This document shows positions 9,422-18,860 of a stretch of DNA of 64,000 bases, piece by piece. The notes below the pieces were generated by a model that saw only the letters and a list, made by a program, of their open reading frames with translations, was not told where the DNA came from and searched no databases. A program made the translations under genes and the position numbers. The DNA is from an uncultured Rhizobium sp. (GTDB taxonomy: Bacteria; Pseudomonadota; Alphaproteobacteria; Caulobacterales; Hyphomonadaceae): positions 2,099 to 66,098 of the forward strand of contig CAZJZQ010000001.1 in the NCBI GenBank assembly GCA_964550535.1, given 5' to 3'. Within the stretch, counting starts at the first letter, position 1. Every line of letters begins with the position of its first letter.

Positions 9422-10636
9422 CTAGAATCCTTCCTCGTCGTCGTCCGGTATGCCGGTTGGAGCGGCATCCTTCCTGAATGGCGCAAAAGCGGCTAGGTAG
9501 TCGATACCCTCCTGCACCTCCGCCCGCTCACGGTCGAGATACAGGGCGACGGCGCGACGCAGGCCGGGATGAGCAATCCAGTGGGCGGAGCGGGTCAGCG
9601 CCGGTTCATAGCCGCGCGCCAGCTTGTGCTCCCCCTGCGCGCCAGCTTCGACGCGAGGAATCTTATGTTCGATTGCGAAGTCCATCGCCTGATAATAACA
9701 AACCTCAAAATGCAGGAACGGGCGATCCACCACGCGTCCCCAGTAGCGGCCGTACAATGCTTCCCCCCCGATCAGATTCAGCGCCCCCGCGACCGGGCGG
9801 CCGTCATCCATGACCAATACGAGCAGCACACGATTGGCCATGCGCTCGTGCAACAGGGAGAAGAAGCGGCGGTTCAGATAGGGGGAGCCCCATTTGCGGC
9901 CGCCAGTATCCATATAGAATTTGAAGAACGCATCCCAATGCTGGGGCTTCAGGTCGTCTCCCGTCAGGCGGAGGAATGACAGGCCTTGCTGCGCTTCGCG
10001 GCGCTCACGACGGATCATCTTGCGCTTGCGAGAGGATAGAGCGCCGAGAAAGTCTTCAAATGTCGCGTAGTTTGCATTGCGCCAATGAAACTGTTGGTCC
10101 TGCCGGGAAAGCAGTCCCTGGCTGTCCAATTCCTGCGCCGTGGACTGATCCAGAAAATTGAAATGCGCTGAGGAGACTTGCGCGTCGGCCGCAATGCCGA
10201 CAATCGTTTCTGCGAGCACGCCGCGAATAGCTTGCGCGCGTGGACCGGTCGCCAAGAGACGCCGCCCTGTGACGGGTGTGAAGGGAACGGCGCAGAGCAG
10301 CTTTGGGTAATAGTGGCCGCCGGCGCGTTCGAGCGCATCGGCCCACGAATGGTCGAACACGAACTCGCCACGTGAGTGCGATTTCAGATAAAGGGGCGCA
10401 GCGCCAGCCAAACGCCCTTGGGGATCGTGCGCCAGAACGTGGCGCGGCGACCAGCCCGTGCGTGGGATTGCACAACCGGAGAGTTCGAGCGCCTGGAGAA
10501 AATCCCAGTCCAGAAATGGATCGTAAGGAAGCCCGGGCGGGTTGGATAAAGCATTCCACGCCGCGCGATCGACACCATGCATGCCGTCAACGACGGACAA
10601 CGTCAGCTCCACCTGTTCGCAGGCGTCGTCGGCCAA
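9422..10636 (-). CDS. DUF482 / COG3146 FemAB-like GNAT-fold protein (function unknown)
   Basis: 404 aa with ...YLKSHSRGEFVFDHSWADALERAGGHYYPKL...FKFYMDTGGRKWGSPYLNRRFF...EVCYYQAMDFAIEH...EAGAQGEHKLARGY, the family pattern as I recall it. Confidence 0.75.
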   Translation of the reverse strand: MADDACEQVELTLSVVDGMHGVDRAAWNALSNPPGLPYDPFLDWDFLQALELSGCAIPRTGWSPRHVLAHDPQGRLAGAAPLYLKSHSRGEFVFDHSWADALERAGGHYYPKLLCAVPFTPVTGRRLLATGPRAQAIRGVLAETIVGIAADAQVSSAHFNFLDQSTAQELDSQGLLSRQDQQFHWRNANYATFEDFLGALSSRKRKMIRRERREAQQGLSFLRLTGDDLKPQHWDAFFKFYMDTGGRKWGSPYLNRRFFSLLHERMANRVLLVLVMDDGRPVAGALNLIGGEALYGRYWGRVVDRPFLHFEVCYYQAMDFAIEHKIPRVEAGAQGEHKLARGYEPALTRSAHWIAHPGLRRAVALYLDRERAEVQEGIDYLAAFAPFRKDAAPTGIPDDDEEGF

Positions 10637-10666
10637 AACAGGCTCCGGTTCCAGACTTCATATAGA

Positions 10667-11425
10667 CTATATGGGGTTGAGGCTGGCCAGCGCTACATCT
10701 GTGCTGAACCTCTCGAAAACCGGACCGGCGCGATGTCGGCGGGCCAGGGCAAGTTCAGTGGCCGAGCGGATCGTCCAGCTTACCAGCGGCATCCTGGTCC
10801 TGGCTTCGGCCACGGTTTCCAGACTTGAGTGGTGCGGCCCCAGAAAATCACAACCGATCTCCTTCGCCGCGCGCACCTTCTGCGCAACAGCATTCGCGCT
10901 CAGCGCTGATATCTCGCCGATCAACAGGCCGACAGGGCGAGCCGGGATCAGTTCGCGCAGGCGGGCCACGGTCGCCTCATCGAAGCTCATCACCGCCAGC
11001 CTGCCAGCGCGCGCGCCGGCGGCGTCCGCAACGATGTCCGCGATCGCGGTGTCTCCCGGCGTATCGACCTTCAGTTCGATCAGGACCGGAGCGTCACCCA
11101 ATGCATCCAGCGCCTCGGCGAGCGAAGGTATCGGGAAGCCGTCGGACAGCAGCGCGTCCCGCGGATCCCGGATATCAATATCAGCCAGTGCGACGTCACG
11201 GTGGCACATGCGGGTGAGGGTCGCGTCGTGGAATACCACGGGCGTGCGGTCGCGTGTGAGGCGCACATCAAGTTCCGCGCCGACGCCTTGTGTGCGGGCC
11301 GTGTGGAAAGCGGCGAGAGAGTTTTCCGGTGTGGCCTGGCCCCGCCTGATCTGGCCCCACAGGCCACGGTGGGCATAGGCGTGGTGCGAAACGTCAAATT
11401 TCAGGTCTGCACCCGCCGCAGTCAT
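10667..11425 (-). CDS. glycerophosphodiester phosphodiesterase family protein
   Basis: HAYAHRGLW...PENSLAAFHTARTQGVGAELDVRLTRDRTPVVFHD. The start is taken at ATG 11425, 1 nt after the ridA stop; the track start at 11515 would overlap ridA. Confidence 0.8.
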   Translation of the reverse strand: MTAAGADLKFDVSHHAYAHRGLWGQIRRGQATPENSLAAFHTARTQGVGAELDVRLTRDRTPVVFHDATLTRMCHRDVALADIDIRDPRDALLSDGFPIPSLAEALDALGDAPVLIELKVDTPGDTAIADIVADAAGARAGRLAVMSFDEATVARLRELIPARPVGLLIGEISALSANAVAQKVRAAKEIGCDFLGPHHSSLETVAEARTRMPLVSWTIRSATELALARRHRAGPVFERFSTDVALASLNPI

Positions 11426-11426
11426 G

Positions 11427-11885
11427 TCAGTCGAACTCGACCACGGCGTCCACTTCAACCGCCGCGCCGAGCGGCAGGACAGGGCAGGCGACGGCGGACC
11501 GCGCGTGGCGGCCACGATCGCCGAAGGCCAGGACCATCAGGTCCGAACAGCCGTTCACGACCTGCGGGATGTCCACGAAGTGCGGCGCGGCGTTCACAAA
11601 GCCACCCAGCTTCACGATCCGGCATACGCGTTCCAGATCGCCCAGAGCGGCCTGCATCTGAGCTAGCAGGTTGATGCCGCACAGACGCGCCGCCTGCTGG
11701 CCCTGTTCGAGCGACATGTCTTCACCCAGGCGGCCCTTCACAAGGCCCTCCGGGGAAACGGAGACTTGTCCCGAGATGAAGAGCAGTTTTCCGGTCGTCA
11801 CATAGGGCACATAATTTGCGACGGGCGCCCGAGGGGCAGGAAGAACGATGCCTGCCTGGTGCAGGTTCTCAATTGCCGTGGGCAT
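11427..11885 (-). CDS. ridA: RidA/YjgF-family reactive intermediate deaminase
   Basis: 152 aa with LLFISGQVS...RLCGINLLAQ...KLGGFVNA...ARSAVAC.LPLGAAVEVDAVVE, the YjgF fold pattern. Confidence 0.85.
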   Translation of the reverse strand: MPTAIENLHQAGIVLPAPRAPVANYVPYVTTGKLLFISGQVSVSPEGLVKGRLGEDMSLEQGQQAARLCGINLLAQMQAALGDLERVCRIVKLGGFVNAAPHFVDIPQVVNGCSDLMVLAFGDRGRHARSAVACPVLPLGAAVEVDAVVEFD

Positions 11886-11953
11886 GGGAAGCTCCTGTCG
11901 TTTGGTCTATTCTAGGCGCAGCCGTGGGGATTATGAAGTCCTTGGCCCTGGAA

Positions 11954-13276
11954 CTACGCCTTCTTGTCCCGCTCTCGCTTGATCCGGGCGCCGCGGCCGG
12001 TTGTGACGGCTTCGGGGCCGAATTTGATGCGGGCTCGGTCAGCGGCGCGTTCGGCCGCCGCCCGTTTCAGCGAGGCAGGATCCGCAAGGTCGAGCGCGTC
12101 GGCGCGGGCATCCTCCAACTCGGAAACGCCCACGCCGATCAAGCGGTAGCGCGTACCGGCGGCCTCCTTGCGCAGCATCGGTTTCGCCGTCCGGAAAATG
12201 ATCTGCGCGAGTTGCGTAGCCTCAGGCAGCGAGATGCGGCGGGTGAGGGTGCGGAAGTCTGCTGTCTTCAGCTTCAGCGTGATGACACGCCCCTCTACGC
12301 CGGACGCCTTCGCACGGTCAGCCGTGCGTTGTGACAAACGCCAGAGGATATCCTCCAAGACGGCGGGATCGGAGATATCTTCATTGAATGTCGTTTCAGA
12401 GGAAACACTTTTGCGTTCGCCTTCGGGATCGACCTTCCGGTTGTGCCGCCCGAATGCGCAGTTATGGAGCCACAGGCCTGTTTCTCCATATCGCCGGACA
12501 AGCTCTTTGGCCTCGGCTTTCTGGAGATCGCCAACGGTGCGATAACCGTCCAGGCTGAGCCTTTTCTCCAGCGCCGTGCCTACGCCGCCGATCACGCGGA
12601 CGCTGTGCGGTGCAAGATACGCTGGCGCTTCGTCGATCGACAGAGCGAAAAAACCGCGCGGCTTGTCGGCTTCGGAGGCGGTCTTGGCGAGAAACTTGTT
12701 GGAGGCGATGCCGACCGATATTGTCAGCCCCATTTCGCGCTCGACCCGTTGTTGCAGGCGGATAAGCATGCCTGCGGGGGACGCGCCGTGAAGCGCCTCC
12801 GTGCCGCTCAGGTCGAGGTAGGCTTCGTCAATCGATACCGGCTCCACCAGTGGCGTAAGGGCCTGCATCATCTCGCGAATGCGGCGTCCTTCGTGAATAT
12901 AGAGGTCCATTCGCGGCTTGATCACCACAGCCTTTGGGCAGGCCTTCAGGGCTGTGAACATTGGCATTGCTGATCGCACCCCATAGGTGCGGGCGAGGTA
13001 GCAGCAGGTCGACACCACGCCGCGCTTGCCGCCGCCAACAATGACGGGAAGCGCGGCCAGGGAAGGGTCATCCCGCTTCTCGATAGAGGCGTAGAACGCG
13101 TCGCAATCGATGTGCGCAACCGCGAGATCGTGCAGGCGAGGGTGGAAGACCAGACGGACTGAACTGCATTGCGGGCATCGAGTCGCTTCTGCGGATGCGG
13201 CAGAGAAGCAGTCCCGGCATAGGCCCGTCATCGATTTAAAGCCTGTAGCAAGCATTCCGGCTGTGAGTAAGATCAA
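11954..13276 (-). CDS. dinB: DNA polymerase IV (Y-family) with N-terminal CxxC-x10-CxxC extension
   Basis: [21 protein letters not shown]...PVIVGG...[21 protein letters not shown]...SIDEAYLDL. The start could be ATG 13276 or MTGLCRDC at 13228. Confidence 0.9.
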   Translation of the reverse strand: MILLTAGMLATGFKSMTGLCRDCFSAASAEATRCPQCSSVRLVFHPRLHDLAVAHIDCDAFYASIEKRDDPSLAALPVIVGGGKRGVVSTCCYLARTYGVRSAMPMFTALKACPKAVVIKPRMDLYIHEGRRIREMMQALTPLVEPVSIDEAYLDLSGTEALHGASPAGMLIRLQQRVEREMGLTISVGIASNKFLAKTASEADKPRGFFALSIDEAPAYLAPHSVRVIGGVGTALEKRLSLDGYRTVGDLQKAEAKELVRRYGETGLWLHNCAFGRHNRKVDPEGERKSVSSETTFNEDISDPAVLEDILWRLSQRTADRAKASGVEGRVITLKLKTADFRTLTRRISLPEATQLAQIIFRTAKPMLRKEAAGTRYRLIGVGVSELEDARADALDLADPASLKRAAAERAADRARIKFGPEAVTTGRGARIKRERDKKA

Positions 13277-13431
13277 GTCAGAAGACTTTGAAATATCGGG
13301 ATTATTCGAAATCCCGCAGTTGCTTCTGCTCCCACCCTCTCCCTTCCCGTCAAAACCGGGTTAACACTATCAGGGCTAACAAGGGCATTGCGACGGGAAT
13401 CATCCCGGCGTCGGTGGAACGTGATGTGCTG

Positions 13432-13875
13432 ATGGCCCAGGCGCCAGCCAAGAAGGTGCTCGTTGTCGAGGACAACGAGCTCAACATGAAGCTGTTCTGC
13501 GACCTTCTGGACGCGTTCGGCTTTGAGACTGTCCAGAGCCGTGATGGGCTCAAGGCGGTCGATCTTGCGCGTGAGCACCGGCCTGACCTGATCATCATGG
13601 ACATTCAGCTGCCGGAGGTGTCGGGTCTCGACCTGACGCGCTGGATCAAGGACGATATGGCGCTGTCGCGCATTCCGATCATGGCCGTGACCGCCTTCGC
13701 CATGCGCCAGGATGAACGTCTGGTGCGTGAAGCCGGCTGTGAGGCCTATATGGCCAAGCCGATCCAGATGATGCCGTTCATCGATACGGTGAAAAAGCTG
13801 ACGACGCCCCGTCCTGCCGCGCCTGCCGGTACAGCGCCGCAAACGCCTGCGGCGCGAAGAAGGGCGGCGACATGA
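13432..13875 (+). CDS. divK: single-domain response regulator DivK-like, with ~25-aa Pro/Ala/Arg-rich C-terminal tail
   Basis: [19 protein letters not shown]...[15 protein letters not shown]...IMAVTAFAM...[13 protein letters not shown] overlap with pleD. The start is taken at ATG 13432 inside track ORF 13288..13875. Confidence 0.85.
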   Translation: MAQAPAKKVLVVEDNELNMKLFCDLLDAFGFETVQSRDGLKAVDLAREHRPDLIIMDIQLPEVSGLDLTRWIKDDMALSRIPIMAVTAFAMRQDERLVREAGCEAYMAKPIQMMPFIDTVKKLTTPRPAAPAGTAPQTPAARRRAAT

Positions 13876-15239
13876 GCGCACGCGTCCTTGTCGTCGACGA
13901 CATTGAAGCCAACCGGAAGCTGCTGCACGCCAAGCTCAGCAACGAGTACTTTCATGTCATCACGGCGGTGGATGGCCAGGAGGCCGTAGAACGCGCACGT
14001 GCGGAAGAGCCTGACGTTATCCTGATGGATGTGATGATGCCCCGCCTCGACGGCGTGGAGGCGTGCCGCCAGCTCAAGTTCGATCCCCGCACGGAACACA
14101 TCCCGATCGTGTTGGTGACGGCTCTGAACGAGCGGGAAGACAGGCTGCGTGGACTTGGCGCGGGCGCCGACGATTTCCTGACCAAGCCTGTGAACGATCT
14201 CCACCTGCTGTCGCGTGTTCGCGCGCTGACGAAATACAAACTGGTGGCGGACGAGTTGCGCAAGCGTGAAGCGTCCGGCCGGCGGTTCGGGGTGATCGCC
14301 GCGACGGCCGCCAGCCGGTCTTCTGAACCTGCGCGTATCCTCGTGGTCGACGAGAACGAACGTCAGGCGAAGCGCATCTGCCGTTATCTGGAAGGGCTGC
14401 ATCGTCCGATGTCGCTCGGTGAGGCCAACCAGATTGGCCTGGCCAGTTCGATGGTGGACGTGCTGATCGTCTCGCTGGCGAATGAGAAGCTCGACGGGCT
14501 TCGACTGACGGCTTATCTGCGCTCGCTGGAGTCGACGCGCGACCTTCCCATTCTCGTTGTTGCGGACTCGGATGACGAGAAGAAGGCTGTACGGGCTCTG
14601 GACCTCGGCGCGTCGGATATCCTGATCAAACCGCTGGATTCCGAGGAATTGAACGCGCGCGTGAAAACGCAGGTTCGGAAGAAGCGCTATCTGGATGCGC
14701 TTCGCTCGCGTCTCGATCAGTCGATGGAATTGGCGGTCACCGATCAACTCACGGGGCTGCACAATCGCCGCTATATGCGGGCGCAACTGGAGCAGTTCGT
14801 GAAGCGCGCGAGCATGGGCGGCCCGCCCGTGTCACTGTTGATCGCCGACATCGACCACTTCAAGAAGATCAACGACATTCATGGCCACGCCGCCGGCGAC
14901 GATGTGTTGCGCGAGTTTGGCCGCCGTTTGCGGGAAAATGTCCGCCCGACGGATCTGGCCTGCCGGTATGGCGGCGAGGAGTTCGTCATCATCATGCCGG
15001 ATGCCGCCCCGGACCTCGCTCTCGCGGCAGGCGAACGCATCCGTCAGATTGTTGCGCAGGCGCCGTTTGTGATCAGCCATGGCGATCAGTTGCGCGTGAC
15101 GATGAGCGGCGGCGTCGCGACCACTTTGCCGCCCCATGATACGCCGGACGACCTGTTGAAGCGGGCCGACGAGGCGCTGTACCGCGCCAAGGGCAATGGC
15201 CGGAACTGCATCGAACTCGAAACTGAAAGCGCGGCCTGA
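13872..15239 (+). CDS. pleD: diguanylate cyclase response regulator PleD (REC-REC-GGDEF)
   Basis: REC1 has [15 protein letters not shown]...[17 protein letters not shown]2 is degenerate ([13 protein letters not shown]). The GGDEF domain has an RPTD I-site 5 residues before GGEEF. Confidence 0.9.
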   Translation: MSARVLVVDDIEANRKLLHAKLSNEYFHVITAVDGQEAVERARAEEPDVILMDVMMPRLDGVEACRQLKFDPRTEHIPIVLVTALNEREDRLRGLGAGADDFLTKPVNDLHLLSRVRALTKYKLVADELRKREASGRRFGVIAATAASRSSEPARILVVDENERQAKRICRYLEGLHRPMSLGEANQIGLASSMVDVLIVSLANEKLDGLRLTAYLRSLESTRDLPILVVADSDDEKKAVRALDLGASDILIKPLDSEELNARVKTQVRKKRYLDALRSRLDQSMELAVTDQLTGLHNRRYMRAQLEQFVKRASMGGPPVSLLIADIDHFKKINDIHGHAAGDDVLREFGRRLRENVRPTDLACRYGGEEFVIIMPDAAPDLALAAGERIRQIVAQAPFVISHGDQLRVTMSGGVATTLPPHDTPDDLLKRADEALYRAKGNGRNCIELETESAA

Positions 15240-15287
15240 AGGTGGTTTTCGCCTTAACTTCGCCGCGACGGCAGGACATAAGACGCC

Positions 15288-15509
15288 ATGGATGCTTTTA
15301 CCCCCGGATCCCAGCCTGGCGAAGCCAAGCTCACCTACCTCGACGCGGATTTCGAGGTGATCAAGCCCGGCCGCTTTGTGGTCTGCGCCGTCACGGGCCG
15401 CAAAATCGCGCTGGAAGATCTGCGATACTGGAGTGTGGAGTTGCAGGAAGCGTATTTCGACGCCGAAGCCGCGACGCGCCGATGGAAGCAGGTAAACGGG
15501 AGGGGGTGA
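15288..15509 (+). CDS. DUF2093-domain small protein
   Basis: 73 aa with GEAKLTYLDADFEVIKPGRFVVCAVTGRKIALEDLRYWSVELQEAYFDAEAA, which matches my recollection of DUF2093. Its stop shares 1 nt with the next start (TGATG). Confidence 0.65.
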   Translation: MDAFTPGSQPGEAKLTYLDADFEVIKPGRFVVCAVTGRKIALEDLRYWSVELQEAYFDAEAATRRWKQVNGRG

Positions 15510-16438
15510 TGGGAATTTGGCGCACGGGGACTGTTTGCGCCTTGATCCTCTCTTCAACCGGCGCCGCCTTCGCTCAGGGCGCTGGAAACGCTCAGCCTTA
15601 TCTTCATTGTGAGAAGCGCGCGAAGCAGGGCGGCGCCATCACCTGCCGCACCGAGCCATTCGCGCGGCTCGCTCTGGACGGCGTTCCGGTGGCGAGAGCG
15701 GACGCAGACGGCTTCGCCATTCTCGGCTTGTCTCGCACGCAGGTGTCGCCGGCGATGGTGACGTTTGCGATTGCGGCTGGAGAGACAGTTTCCGACGACC
15801 GCCGCTACATGTTTTCGTCCGTCGAGATTGCTCCGCGATCGGATACGGTCAGCCGGTTCAAGATGACTTGCGCGAGGATTGAACCGCAGTCTCCGCAGGA
15901 CCAGCGCCATGCCGACATTTCGTGGGTAAAAAAGGAAAAAGCGCTGAAGGTTTTTCACGAACCCTCCGCGCCTCTGTCGCTGGTGAGCCCTGCGACCGGC
16001 CCCTATTCCAGCCCCTATGGCGCCGTGCGCACCTATGTACCGGAGACGAAGGATTGCGAGGGGCGGACATCTGTTCATAACGGACAGGATATCGCCATTG
16101 CAACCGGAACGCAGATACGGGCTCCGATGTCGGGTGCTGTCCTGCTGGCGGATCCGGACCTGTTCTATGAGGGCGGCGCGGTGTTTCTCGACATGGGGCG
16201 CGGCCTGGTTTCGGTGACGATGCATATGAGCCGCGTCGACGTCGCGAACGGCCAGGTCGTGGCGCAGGGAGACCCCTTGGGGTTATCCGGTGCAACCGGC
16301 CGCGTAACCGGTCCGCATCTGCATTGGGGCATCAAGTATCGCAACCCGTTGAGCGAGGATCGTGGCGCGGATCTGTGGCTTGATCCCGCTATCTTGATGG
16401 AACTGACGTCCATCGAGCAGGTTGCTGCGTCTGAGTAG
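15509..16438 (+). CDS. M23-family metallopeptidase (secreted)
   Basis: Signal peptide MGIWRTGTVCALILSSTGAAFAQG. HNGQDIA (HxxxD) and GPHLHWGI (HxH) are the LytM/M23 motifs. The start is ATG 15509 inside track ORF 15242..16438. Confidence 0.85.
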   Translation: MGIWRTGTVCALILSSTGAAFAQGAGNAQPYLHCEKRAKQGGAITCRTEPFARLALDGVPVARADADGFAILGLSRTQVSPAMVTFAIAAGETVSDDRRYMFSSVEIAPRSDTVSRFKMTCARIEPQSPQDQRHADISWVKKEKALKVFHEPSAPLSLVSPATGPYSSPYGAVRTYVPETKDCEGRTSVHNGQDIAIATGTQIRAPMSGAVLLADPDLFYEGGAVFLDMGRGLVSVTMHMSRVDVANGQVVAQGDPLGLSGATGRVTGPHLHWGIKYRNPLSEDRGADLWLDPAILMELTSIEQVAASE

Positions 16439-16460
16439 GCTAGGAATTGGGGGGGGGCGA

Positions 16461-16892
16461 ATGGCCTATGAAGCAAAGACGGTTCCGACAAACGCCAGCG
16501 TGAAGGATTTCATCGCAGGTGTAGAGCATGAGGGGCGTCGTGAGGACGCGCTTTTGCTGTTGAAACTTTTCGAGAAGGCGACGGGGTGGAAAGCCCGGAT
16601 GTGGGGACCGTCGATCATCGGATACGGTCGCGCGGAATTCCATTATGACAGCGGACATTCCGGAATCATGCCGGTGTGCGGATTTTCGCCGCGTAAGGCG
16701 AACATGGTTCTCTACATCAACAAGTCCTTCACCGGTGCTGACGCGCTTCTGAAGAAGCTGGGTAAAGCGAAAACAAGCGTGGGCTGCACATATATCGGCC
16801 GCCTGTCGTCGGTTGATACCGACGTGCTTGAGGAGCTTATCCGCAAGGGCGTGGCCGACACGAAGAAGGCGCGGCCGGTAAGTGCTAAGTAG
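16461..16892 (+). CDS. DUF1801 (YdhG-like) domain protein
   Basis: 143 aa, MAYEAKTVPTNASVKDFIAGVEHEGRREDALLLLKLFEKATG...MWGPSIIGYG. The start at ATG 16461 is preceded by a G9 run acting as SD. Confidence 0.7.
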   Translation: MAYEAKTVPTNASVKDFIAGVEHEGRREDALLLLKLFEKATGWKARMWGPSIIGYGRAEFHYDSGHSGIMPVCGFSPRKANMVLYINKSFTGADALLKKLGKAKTSVGCTYIGRLSSVDTDVLEELIRKGVADTKKARPVSAK

Positions 16893-16897
16893 GCGCA

Positions 16898-17866
16898 CTA
16901 CATCACTCCGGCCTTTATCCAGGCTTCCTTGGGCCATCGATTGTGCTGCCAGAACCATTGCTCCGGCGCCTCGCGAACCCACCCCTCGATCATGGTGTTG
17001 ATCCTGACGAGCGTTGCGCGGATCGCTGCATTTTCGTCTGGTCCTGTTTCCGGCATGAAGGGTTCAAACACTGTCACGCGGTATCGCGCCTTGCCGGTGC
17101 GCTTCACATTCATCGGGATTAGCGGAACGTCGAATTTCATCGCGAGCCGCGTCGGCCCCGGCGCCGTCATTGCGTCGTGACCAAAGAACGGAACGGCCAT
17201 TCCTTCATTGAACTTCTGGTCGTTCATGAGGGCAATCGACTGCTTGTTCGCCAAAGCCCGCATCAGTTCACGCGTGCCAGCGCCTTTGGGTGTCTGGATC
17301 GACACGCCGTAGGCGGCCCGGGCTTTGGTGATGCGTCTGTCGATATAGGGGTTGTTCGCTGCGCGGTATGTCATCTGACAATTGACAGGCCAGTTGACGA
17401 TCGTGGCGGGCAGCACTTCCAGGTTCGCGAAATGGCCGCCGATGAAAACGGCCGCTGCGCCGCTGGCGTTCAACTCGTCAAGAATATGCCCGTTGACGAC
17501 CTCGACGCGCCCGTCGGGGTGATGTGGATGAATGCGGTGCATGTGCGGCATCTCGGCCGCCAGGCGACCGAGATTCTCCCACGACGCCTTTGCGGTCCGG
17601 GCGATCTCTTTCTCGCTCCAGTCGGGGAAGGCGAGGCGCAGATTGCGGATCACCGACCGGTTCGCGGATGTGAATGGTCCAAGGCCTTTAAGCAGCCAAC
17701 TGCCCACGTCCGACGCAGCGTCCACAGGCAGCGCGCGCAACGGGTTCCAGTAGAGCCAGTCCCACGCAAACGCCTCAAGCGCCCAGGATACACGCCGCAT
17801 GGGCGTCGCGCGCTGGTCCAGCCAGTAGGGACGAATGTAGCGGCCAGGCTTCTTCTCAGCGGTCAT
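16898..17866 (-). CDS. lipid A biosynthesis late acyltransferase (LpxL/HtrB family)
   Basis: Lip_A_acyltrans pattern with FIGGHFANLEV (H-x4-E). It lies downstream of lpxK. The start is taken at MTAEKKPG (17866); the track start is 17947. Confidence 0.8.
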   Translation of the reverse strand: MTAEKKPGRYIRPYWLDQRATPMRRVSWALEAFAWDWLYWNPLRALPVDAASDVGSWLLKGLGPFTSANRSVIRNLRLAFPDWSEKEIARTAKASWENLGRLAAEMPHMHRIHPHHPDGRVEVVNGHILDELNASGAAAVFIGGHFANLEVLPATIVNWPVNCQMTYRAANNPYIDRRITKARAAYGVSIQTPKGAGTRELMRALANKQSIALMNDQKFNEGMAVPFFGHDAMTAPGPTRLAMKFDVPLIPMNVKRTGKARYRVTVFEPFMPETGPDENAAIRATLVRINTMIEGWVREAPEQWFWQHNRWPKEAWIKAGVM

Positions 17867-18860
17867 CACGGATACCTTGCAGCACGCGCTGCAAAAGGCC
17901 GCCGAGCGCTTCCGGTTCATCAAAGACGGCGGATACAGGCAGCACACGAACCCGATCGCGGATGTTGGCGGGAAGACGCATATAGTCCTTTTCCGTTGTG
18001 ATCAGGGTGGCGGATCGCTCATTCGCCAGCTTCTCCAGATAATCAAGATCGGTCTGCGTGTAAGGGTGGTGGTCCGGAAAAGGTACAGCGTCGGCAAGGA
18101 TAACGCCGGGCATGGCCGACAGGCTGTCGAAGAAGCGCGTTGGACGTCCTATGCCTGCGAAGGCGACGTAGATCCCGGGAGCAGCGGACGCTGGCGGTGC
18201 AAGACGCGCCCGCAGAACAGACAGGCCGCTTTGGGCGACCGCTGCGGGAATTGGCCCATCCCCCATCAGGATCACGGCGTTGGCGCGTGAGAGGCCGCGC
18301 GCAACCGGCTCACGCAAGGGGCCTTTCGGGAAGACGTGGCCGTTCCCGAACGGTTCTGCGGCGTCGATCACCACAACAGACAGCGTCTTCCTCAGTTCGG
18401 GATTCTGGTGGCCGTCATCCATGATGATGACGCGGACGCCTGATCCAGCCATCTCGCGGGCGCCGTCCGGACGCTTGCGGGAAATCCACGATTCCCCGGC
18501 TTGTGCGAGCATCAACGGTTCGTCGCCGACCTGCGCTGCTGTATGCGAGGATGAATCGACGCGAAGCGGGCCGGTTTCGCTGCCGCCATATCCACGAGAC
18601 AGCGTGGCGGCTCTCACCCCTGAATCATTGAACCAGCGGCGCACTGCGGCGGAAACCGGAGTTTTGCCTGCGCCGCCGAGTGTCAGATTGCCGATGCAGA
18701 TCACGGGAACGCCCGGGTCGAAGGGCGATGTTGCCTTGGCGATCCGGCGAGCGCCCGCCCAGCTGTAGAGCCAGGAGAAGGGCGTCAGCAGAAGGCGCGT
18801 CATCGGCGCGGCCAGACGGCTTCTGGGGTCTATGTCGCGCCAAAAATATGGTTCACGCAT
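17856..18860 (-). CDS. lpxK: tetraacyldisaccharide 4'-kinase
   Basis: 334 aa with P-loop GNLTLGGAGKTP and LSRGYGG. It overlaps the waaA stop by 8 nt. Confidence 0.9.
   Translation of the reverse strand: MREPYFWRDIDPRSRLAAPMTRLLLTPFSWLYSWAGARRIAKATSPFDPGVPVICIGNLTLGGAGKTPVSAAVRRWFNDSGVRAATLSRGYGGSETGPLRVDSSSHTAAQVGDEPLMLAQAGESWISRKRPDGAREMAGSGVRVIIMDDGHQNPELRKTLSVVVIDAAEPFGNGHVFPKGPLREPVARGLSRANAVILMGDGPIPAAVAQSGLSVLRARLAPPASAAPGIYVAFAGIGRPTRFFDSLSAMPGVILADAVPFPDHHPYTQTDLDYLEKLANERSATLITTEKDYMRLPANIRDRVRVLPVSAVFDEPEALGGLLQRVLQGIRDDR

Noticed and set aside
13361-13380. Possible CtrA box upstream of divK (TTAACACTATCAGGGCTAAC)
   Set aside because: The spacing is TTAA-N12-TAAC, not TTAA-N7-TTAA. 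At best it is a half-site.
13229-13431. SOS (LexA) operator upstream of dinB, and likewise upstream of the SRAP gene at 34810..34927
   Set aside because: I found no GTTC-N7-GTTC / GAAC-N7-GAAC direct repeat by eye in either region.
13746-14786. 346-aa minus-strand ORF
   Set aside because: It is entirely antisense to pleD, whose REC-REC-GGDEF motifs are unambiguous. Its Arg/His/Gln-rich low-complexity translation is typical of GC-rich antisense frames.
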